Source: Bacteroidota bacterium (lineage in GTDB: Bacteria; Bacteroidota; Bacteroidia; Bacteroidales; F082). From it: a stretch of 53,904 nucleotides of DNA. The stretch spans positions 1 to 53,904 of the forward strand of contig QMPA01000001.1 of the NCBI GenBank assembly GCA_003650365.1. Reading direction: 5' to 3'. The position numbers and the translations under genes were made by a program. The notes beneath the pieces are model-generated. The model saw nothing but the letters and a program-made list of their open reading frames with translations, searched no databases and was not told where the DNA came from. The stretch's first letter is position 1. The number at the start of each line of letters is the position of its first letter. Below, one piece after another: positions 48,201-53,904 of this stretch.

Positions 48201-48614
48201 TACCAAACCCTGGCAACAAATATGCGGGGTTTCAATCAGAATATCAGGAATGGCAACAGCTTTGCAGTAATTAACAGCGAGCTTCGTTTCCCCATTTTTC
48301 AGTATTTTTCAAAAACGCCATTAAGTTCCGGATTTTTAAGGAACTTCCAGTTTGTAGGATTTGGTGATATTGGAACTGCGTGGAATGGACCAAGTCCATA
48401 TTCAAAACAAAATTCATTATTTACAAGGTATGTCGATAGTGGCCCTTTCCATATTTCAGTCGAGGTACAAAAGGAACCAATTGTGGGAGGATTTGGTGTT
48501 GGTGCACGTATTCATTTGCTCGGTTATTTTATTCGGGGCGATGTGTCGTGGGGTGTTGACGATTACAAAGTGGGCAGTCCGGTCTATTATTTTTCGCTTA
48601 GTCTGGATTTTTGA
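45282..48614 (+). CDS. Large outer-membrane protein: TolB-like (PD40) beta-propeller repeats + Omp85/surface-antigen-like C-terminal beta-barrel
   Basis: Signal peptide ..LGAALFFAVGTQAQ. PD40-like repeats (WHPTGKLLTYVIEDKG, YSDDGRFIVVSAVRKGQSDVFVYN, NPRFINNSTQIVFSSNRE). C-terminal MRGFNQNIRNGNSFAVINSELRFPIF, GFGDIGTAWN, GVGARIHLLGYFIRGDVSWG, with a terminal Phe. Confidence 0.6.
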   Translation: MQTLLNNLFRPVILSLGAALFFAVGTQAQFYNGSNMTFGKNRVQYKDFLWTYYKFDDFDTYFYLNGKELAQYTAEYALKQIPLIENKMESRLDKRIQFIVFNNLTDLKQSNIGLLTNESYNTGGITHIIGSKVFLYFDGNHVHFQDEIRAGIAEVMFNQMMFGGSLGKQVKTSTFFSLPDWYRVGIISWLSKDWDVEFDNRSRDGILSGRFNKVNNLTGEDAVYAGHSLWRFIALQYGRAAVSNIIHMTSVSNSIDKGILFVLGIPFKTLVEQWRTFYQKEYEQFAAAKDHPENLLKIRYKSDVIIGQPHVSPFGKYVAYTTNEMGKYKIYIQDLATNKRKKILKKGVMIDTKTDYSYPLLAWHPTGKLLTYVIEDKGMPWFYMYNLEEKKTTKQIIFAVQKITDLAYSDDGRFIVVSAVRKGQSDVFVYNISASTFQSITNDIYSELNPRFINNSTQIVFSSNRENDTLGKGPENILDIPKYFDLFVYDFAHPGPILKRITQTPLASEIRPESYGFNTISYLSDENGVYNNYVAILDSTVSSVDTAIHYRYFVHSKATSNYALNISDQHTSLTSGKKAMLYFEDNLWKIFIKNVSDYASLAALQLPNTNYMLSLKKDLEKSIKKSEKKKDATKMQPSPGEEQVIEPQPKTKMKHFVMVYIDDKGNEFIGKPKKKVGAEDNLDGFGSFVTTIDGRLGDEKFVVPKRRNYYVEYFINDMISQIDFNYVNYSYQPFTGGGPIYLNPGFNIFFQMGVNDLMEDHRFVGGVRFNFSLTNNEYIFSYSNLKKRLDKEIVFHRNTTPPYSNALSKITTHELFYILKWPLNEALSLRGTAKYRNDMFVVAAIGLPSLEFSNQYANWVGVKGELVFDNTRSLGMNLYVGSRYKIFAEYDHMIGLVQDGALVKLDQKYNLVVVGIDYRRYTRIHRNFIWANRFAASTSFGASPLIYYMGGVDNWVWPKFNYETPIDYSQNYAYQTLATNMRGFNQNIRNGNSFAVINSELRFPIFQYFSKTPLSSGFLRNFQFVGFGDIGTAWNGPSPYSKQNSLFTRYVDSGPFHISVEVQKEPIVGGFGVGARIHLLGYFIRGDVSWGVDDYKVGSPVYYFSLSLDF

Positions 48615-48925
48615 TCTACCAATCGGTTTTTCAGTACTTTCAAAAAACCACCAGAACATTTTTTTGGGATCGTATTTAATTCGAAAAATTCTATACTGAA
48701 AACTGTGCCAAAAAATATTTTTGTACCCCTCGATTTTTCTAATTGCCTAATAAACTGCTTGTTTATTTTTTTTACACTTTTTGTTGTTAACTTGTTAATA
48801 AAATATTCACACGTGCAGCAGTATTGTGGTGTATATTGCACACCGAAAAAGCAGACATTCTCTTTTTTATAACAGCCTGAAATTTAGAAGAGTAACAAAC
48901 ATTATAATATTAAACTAACTGTTGC

Positions 48926-51658
48926 ATGGAAAACAATCTGTACTTTAATTTTGAAGAAAAAACTGACGAGAGATTCCTGGAACTGAAAGAGGAAAAAGAG
49001 GTAGAAAGAAGCTTTTATGACCACGTTTTAGAAGATAGGAAAAGATCGGAAATGAGAGAAGAACAAATTGAAGAAACAGAGCCAAGTAAATTACGAATTA
49101 GTGAGCAATCAGCTCAAGAAAAGCCTTTGGATTTGCCAAAACAATACAGCCACGAAGAAGTTTTAACTGCGGCTACTGAATATTTTGGTGGCGATACTCT
49201 TGCGGCCAATGTTTGGATGAATAAATATGCCCTGAAAGATAGCGATGGAAATTTGTATGAATTAACCCCGGCTGAAATGCATCACCGTATTGCGGGTGAA
49301 ATAGCACGTGTCGAAAAGCGATATCCAAATCCACTTAGCGAAGAAAAAATATTTGAAGTATTGGATAAATTCAAATACATTATTCCGGCAGGCAGTCCTA
49401 TGGCAGGAGTTGGAAATCCACACCAGATATCTTCGCTCTCCAATTGCTTTGTAATTGGTAACGATGGTGATTCAGATTCTTATGGAGGTATTTTAAAGAT
49501 TGACCAGGAACAGGTACAGCTCATGAAACGCCGTGGTGGGGTTGGCCACGATTTAACCCATATTAGGCCCGGTGGCAGTCCTGTAAAAAATACAGCGCTT
49601 ACTTCAACCGGTGTTGTTCCTTTTATGGAAAGGTATTCCAATTCGACCCGCGAAGTAGCACAAGATGGAAGAAGAGGGGCTTTGATGCTAAGCATTGGTA
49701 TTAAGCATCCTGATTCGGAACATTTTATTGATGCAAAAATGGAGAGCGGAAAAGTAACCGGTGCCAATATTTCCATCAAACTCGACGATGAATTTATGCA
49801 AGCTGTAAAGCAGGACAAAATCTATAAGCAGCAATACCCGATAAATTCCACGAAACCTAAATATGAAAAAGAAATTAATGCCCGCGAGCTTTGGGATAAG
49901 ATAATTCACAATGCATGGTCTTCAGCTGAACCAGGAATATTGTTTTGGGATACTGTAATCCGTGAATCTATTCCTGACAATTATGCCGATTATGGCTTTA
50001 AAACGGTTTCAACAAATCCCTGTGGCGAAATACCACTCTGTCCTTACGATAGTTGCCGTTTGCTGGCAATCAACCTCTACAGTTATGTTGAAAATCCTTT
50101 TACAGAAAAGGCCATTTTTAATGGTGATTTGTTCATAGAACACGTAAGTATCGCCCAGCGAATAATGGATGATATTGTTGACCTTGAGGTTGAAAAAGTG
50201 GAAGCTATTCTTGCTAAAATTGAATCTGATCCTGAAGATGCCGAGGTTAAATTTGTTGAAAGAAGGTTGTGGGAAAAAATCCGGGAAAAATCATTACAAG
50301 GACGCAGGACCGGAATTGGTATAACAGCCGAAGGTGATATGCTTGCGGCACTGGGATTGAGATACGGTTCTGATGCTGCCACTAAGTTTTCAACCGAGGT
50401 GCATAAATTATTGGCCATAGAAACTTACCGCTCATCGGTTAACCTTGCTGAGTCACGGGGAGCTTTTCCTATTTATGAAAGTAAAAGGGAAATAAATAAT
50501 CCATTTATTGAAAGAATAAAAGAAGAAGCCCCAGCCGTTTATGAAAAAATGGAAAAAGTAGGCCGGCGAAATATTTCTATGTTAACCATTGCCCCAACGG
50601 GTAGTGTGAGTATTTGTACTCAAACAACTTCCGGAATAGAGCCTGTATTCATGGTCTCCTACAAACGCCGCCGCAAGGTAAATCCAAACGACAAAAATGC
50701 AATTGTTAGCTTTGTGGATGAAGTTGGCGATGCCTGGGAAGAATATAATGTATTCCATCCTAAATTTGAAGTGTGGCTTGAAACCAACGGCTATAACGTT
50801 AAAGAGGTGAAAGAAAAGCCGGATGAGGAATTGAATAAAATCATTGAAAAATCACCTTATTACCTGGCTTCATCAGCTGACATTGACTGGCTGAGTAAAG
50901 TAAAAATGCAGGGCGATATTCAAAAGTGGGTCGATCATTCCATCAGTGTAACTGTAAATGTACCAGAAAACGCCACCGAAGAATTGGTAGGTGATATTTA
51001 CCAAACAGCCTGGGAAAGTGGTTGTAAAGGCATGACTATTTATCGCGAAGGTTCAAGGTCGGGCGTATTAATTGCCAACGACAAGAAAATCGACGACAAA
51101 GATCTGTTTAAAGAAACCAAAGCACCCTCAAGGCCAAGAGTAATTGAAGCCGATGTTATCCGTTTTCAAAACAATTACGAAAAGTGGATTGCAGTTATCG
51201 GAAAAATCAACAACAAACCGTACGAAATTTTTACTGGTCCGGCAGAAGATTTCTTTGTGCCAATCTGGGTTGAAAAAGGTTGGGTCATTAAAAGCAAAAT
51301 AAAAGACGAACCCACACGATATGATTTTCAGTTCGAGGACAAGCAAGGATATAAGCAAACTTATGCTGGCTTATCAAGGTCATTTGATCAAACATTTTGG
51401 AATTACGCAAAATTGATTTCAGGAGTGCTTCGCCATGGTATGCCATTGAATTATGTTGTCGATCTCATTTCAAACCTTAATTTGGATGATGCCGATATCA
51501 ATACCTGGAAGAACGGAGTCGTGCGGGCACTGAAACGTTTTGTGCCCGATGGAACAGTTGCCGTTGACACGCTTTGTTCTGAATGTGGTGAAGACACTGT
51601 AGTTTACGAAGATGGCTGCTTGATCTGTAAAGCTTGTGGTCACACCAAATGTGGTTAA
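48926..51658 (+). CDS. nrdJ: Class II (adenosylcobalamin-dependent) ribonucleotide reductase
   Basis: 910 aa. Active-site loop VSTNPCGEIPLCPYDSCRL. C-terminal Cys cluster CSECGEDTVVYEDGCLICKACGHTKCG. Glu-rich N-terminal extension. Confidence 0.88.
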   Translation: MENNLYFNFEEKTDERFLELKEEKEVERSFYDHVLEDRKRSEMREEQIEETEPSKLRISEQSAQEKPLDLPKQYSHEEVLTAATEYFGGDTLAANVWMNKYALKDSDGNLYELTPAEMHHRIAGEIARVEKRYPNPLSEEKIFEVLDKFKYIIPAGSPMAGVGNPHQISSLSNCFVIGNDGDSDSYGGILKIDQEQVQLMKRRGGVGHDLTHIRPGGSPVKNTALTSTGVVPFMERYSNSTREVAQDGRRGALMLSIGIKHPDSEHFIDAKMESGKVTGANISIKLDDEFMQAVKQDKIYKQQYPINSTKPKYEKEINARELWDKIIHNAWSSAEPGILFWDTVIRESIPDNYADYGFKTVSTNPCGEIPLCPYDSCRLLAINLYSYVENPFTEKAIFNGDLFIEHVSIAQRIMDDIVDLEVEKVEAILAKIESDPEDAEVKFVERRLWEKIREKSLQGRRTGIGITAEGDMLAALGLRYGSDAATKFSTEVHKLLAIETYRSSVNLAESRGAFPIYESKREINNPFIERIKEEAPAVYEKMEKVGRRNISMLTIAPTGSVSICTQTTSGIEPVFMVSYKRRRKVNPNDKNAIVSFVDEVGDAWEEYNVFHPKFEVWLETNGYNVKEVKEKPDEELNKIIEKSPYYLASSADIDWLSKVKMQGDIQKWVDHSISVTVNVPENATEELVGDIYQTAWESGCKGMTIYREGSRSGVLIANDKKIDDKDLFKETKAPSRPRVIEADVIRFQNNYEKWIAVIGKINNKPYEIFTGPAEDFFVPIWVEKGWVIKSKIKDEPTRYDFQFEDKQGYKQTYAGLSRSFDQTFWNYAKLISGVLRHGMPLNYVVDLISNLNLDDADINTWKNGVVRALKRFVPDGTVAVDTLCSECGEDTVVYEDGCLICKACGHTKCG

Positions 51659-51680
51659 TACTGTTACCTTATCATAGTTA

Positions 51681-51713
51681 AAAAAAGCTGCTCAATCGGG
51701 CAGCTTTTTTTTG
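51681..51713 (+). terminator. Rho-independent terminator of nrdJ
   Basis: AAAAAAAGCTGCtcaatcgGGCAGCTTTTTTTT: a GC-containing stem flanked by an A-run and a T-run, 23 nt after the stop. Confidence 0.75.
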
Positions 51714-51720
51714 TTTTTAA

Positions 51721-51848
51721 GACCTTCCAGTGTTCGTAGAACCTGGAAGCGTCTGATTTTGGCTGGTCTGACAGAATCTGAAAGTGTATAAAAAAAGTCT
51801 GCAGATTTAGGAAAAACGCTTCCAGGTCTTTCAGACGCTGGAAGGTTT
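51721..51848. repeat. ~126-bp nested inverted-repeat element between convergent genes
   Basis: ACCTGGAAGCGT (51741-52) is the perfect reverse complement of ACGCTTCCAGGT (51816-27). ACCTTCCAG (51722-30) pairs with CTGGAAGGT (51838-46), and GTCTGA with TCAGAC. The CTTCCAG and CTGGAAG cores also pair locally. Confidence 0.7.
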
Positions 51849-51862
51849 ATACTATACAATTT

Positions 51863-52264
51863 CTAAAAATGCAACTTATGGTAATCGAATTCCTGGTTGT
51901 TTCTAAAGCTGCTTATTTTAGCTGCAAGCAGAAGAAAAATTCCCAGATCATTTTTTTTTAACCAATCAATAGCCTCTTGTTTCCCATTTACTGCATCGGC
52001 AAAAACAATGAGGAAATCGAATTTGTGTTTTTGCAGCCAGGCGTAAGCTTTCGCATCTTTGTCGATAGCGCCGTCCAACGCAGCAAATTGTGGAAATTTA
52101 TTTTTCATTAGCCAGGCAACGGCTTCTTTGCTGCCCCTTATTCCACTACTTAATGCTGCCAGTTCAGGATAACCATTTTCGAGCAGCCAATGGTAAAACT
52201 CATCACCCTCCTGACTAAAGGTTTCCCCAAATGCCATGAGTATTTTTACCGGATATTTAAGCAT
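51863..52264 (-). CDS. Hypothetical protein built from four ~25-aa repeats
   Basis: Repeats EFYHWLLENGYPELAALSSGIRGSK / EAVAWLMKNKFPQFAALDGAIDKDA / KAYAWLQKHKFDFLIVFADAVNGKQ / EAIDWLKKNDLGIFLLLAAKISSFR. No family recognised. Confidence 0.5.
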   Translation of the reverse strand: MLKYPVKILMAFGETFSQEGDEFYHWLLENGYPELAALSSGIRGSKEAVAWLMKNKFPQFAALDGAIDKDAKAYAWLQKHKFDFLIVFADAVNGKQEAIDWLKKNDLGIFLLLAAKISSFRNNQEFDYHKLHF

Positions 52265-52279
52265 TGGTTAAATTTTAAA

Positions 52280-52393
52280 ACTCTAAACTTTAGGCACTCT
52301 AAACTCTAAGTACTCTAAACTTTAAGCACTCCAAACTCTAAGTACTCTAAACTTTAGGCACTCCAAACTTCAAGTACTTTAGGCACTCTTCTC
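52280..52393. repeat. Degenerate 16-bp tandem repeat, six full copies plus partial ones (ACTCYAAACTYYARGY)
   Basis: Units at 52280, 52296, 52312, 52328, 52344 and 52360, plus a truncated copy. Alternating ..GGC/..AGT endings give a 32-bp super-period. The repeat fills the whole gap between the fba stop and the start of 51863-52264. Confidence 0.85.
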
Positions 52394-53469
52394 TAATACC
52401 TGTCCAAACAGTTCAAGTCTGTAAAAGCTTCCACCAGTCTTTCGACTACAGTTTCTTCACCGGCCCTGAGCCATTTGCGCGGGTCGTAATATTTTTTATT
52501 GGGAGCATCATCGCCATCGGGATTGCCAATTTGTCCTTGTAAATAATCGTGGTTTTTAGCTTCATAAGCACGAACGCCGTCCCAGTAAGCCCACTGTGTA
52601 TCGGTGTCGATATTCATTTTGACTACACCGTATCCAATGGCTTCTTTGATTTTTGCCGGTTCAGAACCCGATCCACCATGAAAAACAAAACTCACCGGAT
52701 TGGCTGCTGTTCCATATTTTTCTTCGATATATTTCTGCGAATTTTTCAGGATAACAGGCTCCAATTTCACATTGCCTGGTTTGTAAACACCATGTACATT
52801 TCCAAAAGCGGCAGCCACTGTAAAACGTTTGCTAACAGATGAAAGTACTTCAAAAGCCCTGCCTACTTCTTCTGGCTGAGTATACAGTTTCGAGCTGTCG
52901 ATATTGGTATTGTCCACACCGTCTTCCTCGCCACCGGTAATACCGAGTTCAATTTCAAGGGTCATGCCCATTTTATCCATGCGTTGCAAATACTTTTTGC
53001 TAATCTCCAGGTTCTCTTCTAAAGGTTCTTCCGACAAGTCGAGCATATGCGAACTGAACAAAGGTTTTCCTTTTTCAGCAAAGAACTTTTCACCGGCATC
53101 TAATAGACCATCAATCCAGGGCAGTAGTTTTTTGGCAGCATGGTCGGTATGTAGAATAACCGGAATGCCATACATTTCAGCCAATTGGTGAACATGCATT
53201 GCACCCGAAACAGAACCTGCAATTGCAGCTTGAAGTCCATCAGCTTTTATTCCTTTTCCGGCGTAAAAAGCACCACCCCCGTTCGAGAATTGAACAATTA
53301 CGGGTGAGTTCACTTTTGCCGCTGCTTCCATCACGGCATTTATCGAGTTCGTTCCAACTACATTTACTGCCGGTAGTGCAAATTGCCCTGCTTTGGCAGC
53401 TTCAAAAATAAATTGTAAGTCGTCTCCGGTAGCTACTCCGGGCTGTATTTTATCAGAAATTCTTGTCAT
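52393..53469 (-). CDS. fbaA: Class II fructose-1,6-bisphosphate aldolase
   Basis: 358 aa. VILHTDHAAK, FVFHGGSGS, MNIDTDTQWA, and the N-terminal VATGDDLQFIFEAAKAGQFALPAVNV. Confidence 0.92.
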   Translation of the reverse strand: MTRISDKIQPGVATGDDLQFIFEAAKAGQFALPAVNVVGTNSINAVMEAAAKVNSPVIVQFSNGGGAFYAGKGIKADGLQAAIAGSVSGAMHVHQLAEMYGIPVILHTDHAAKKLLPWIDGLLDAGEKFFAEKGKPLFSSHMLDLSEEPLEENLEISKKYLQRMDKMGMTLEIELGITGGEEDGVDNTNIDSSKLYTQPEEVGRAFEVLSSVSKRFTVAAAFGNVHGVYKPGNVKLEPVILKNSQKYIEEKYGTAANPVSFVFHGGSGSEPAKIKEAIGYGVVKMNIDTDTQWAYWDGVRAYEAKNHDYLQGQIGNPDGDDAPNKKYYDPRKWLRAGEETVVERLVEAFTDLNCLDRY

Positions 53470-53813
53470 TTTTACAATCTTTAAATGGTTAAAATAAATG
53501 CCAAAATTAAGTTATTTTCATCAATATTTCACTGCTTGATTTCTGTTGGATAGATTTGTTCTTAGGGAAAACTCATCGTAAAATCAAATTAAAAGGCGCA
53601 ATATAATTTTACAATTTGTAAATTACAATTTGTGTATTGGTGTGTCAGAAAGAGAAGAAATGAAGTCAATTTCGTATGAAGAAAGAAAGTCCTTCAACTG
53701 CAGGGCAAACGCATCTAAATAAATAATAAATATAATTAATTGAATATCAGATATATAACTTGTTTTTACGGACATTAAATCGTATATTTGCCTGATAATC
53801 AATCAGGTATAAT

Positions 53814-53904
53814 ATGTTTAATGAAACAAGTTTTTTAATGTATTTTTCAGAGATGAAAGATCCAAGAGTAGAGAGAACCAAAAGACATCTTTTGAGTGAT
53901 CTAA
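53814..53904 (+). mobile_element. 5' end of an ISAs1-family (H-repeat type) transposase gene, truncated by the window edge
   Basis: MFNETSFLMYFSEMKDPRVERTKRHLLSDL matches the N-terminal DPR..x..H.LSDIL motif of ISAs1 transposases. A short palindrome CCTGATaatcaATCAGG lies just upstream (53791-53807). Confidence 0.6.

Noticed and set aside
48615-48925. Cobalamin riboswitch or NrdR operator upstream of nrdJ
   Set aside because: No B12-box-like sequence was found. The hairpin GGTGTATATTGCACACC (48828-48844) has GTGT..ACAC polarity rather than the ACAC..GTGT layout I recall for NrdR boxes, and no second box sits at helical spacing. The evidence is insufficient.
52280-52393. CRISPR array
   Set aside because: The 16-bp units are directly adjacent with no unique spacers, and there are no cas genes. 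This is a simple tandem repeat.
903-53411. Many 60-140-aa ORFs nested antisense or out of frame inside long genes (for example 903-1193, 2528-2875, 8922-9350, 10424-10828, 22915-23241, 34658-35059, 35540-35839, 49480-49818, 50083-50418, 52549-53411)
   Set aside because: They are shadow ORFs of strongly supported genes, with low-complexity or skewed composition and no motifs.

Overview
AT-rich chromosome segment of Bacteroidota type. The evidence is two T9SS C-terminal sorting domains, a TPR-TM-AraC hybrid regulator and an ISAs1-type transposase at the right edge. No rRNA, tRNA or CRISPR array was seen.

Positions ~0.26-42 kb form one very large surface-glycan locus. It contains a priming phosphoglycosyl transferase, a Wzx-like flippase, three Wzy/O-antigen-ligase-like membrane proteins (two fused to TPR domains), and 12 glycosyltransferase domains. 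It also has an AlgI/AlgX-like O-acetylation pair, two small radical SAM/SPASM genes (one split by a frameshift in a homopolymer), and nine sulfotransferase domains from at least four families. This points to a heavily sulfated, acetylated polysaccharide.

The most unusual part is an operon-like block at ~31.2-42.0 kb. It encodes a PqqD-like peptide-recognition protein, an NTP_transf_5-type nucleotidyltransferase, an ABC exporter, a GT2, an HPr-kinase-like P-loop domain fused to two GT2 domains, another GT2, and three tandem Stf0-like sulfotransferases. This is the tailoring and export gene set seen next to some lasso-peptide clusters, but there is no lasso cyclase, no leader peptidase and no recognisable precursor. 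A decayed GT2 gene remnant marks the junction just upstream.

Positions 43-53.5 kb are housekeeping genes: a DEAD-box helicase, an MBL-fold hydrolase, an Omp85-like/TolB-like outer-membrane protein, class II ribonucleotide reductase and class II fructose-bisphosphate aldolase. Two structured intergenic repeats lie among them.

All calls come from reading motifs in the supplied translations and the DNA. No database search was run.
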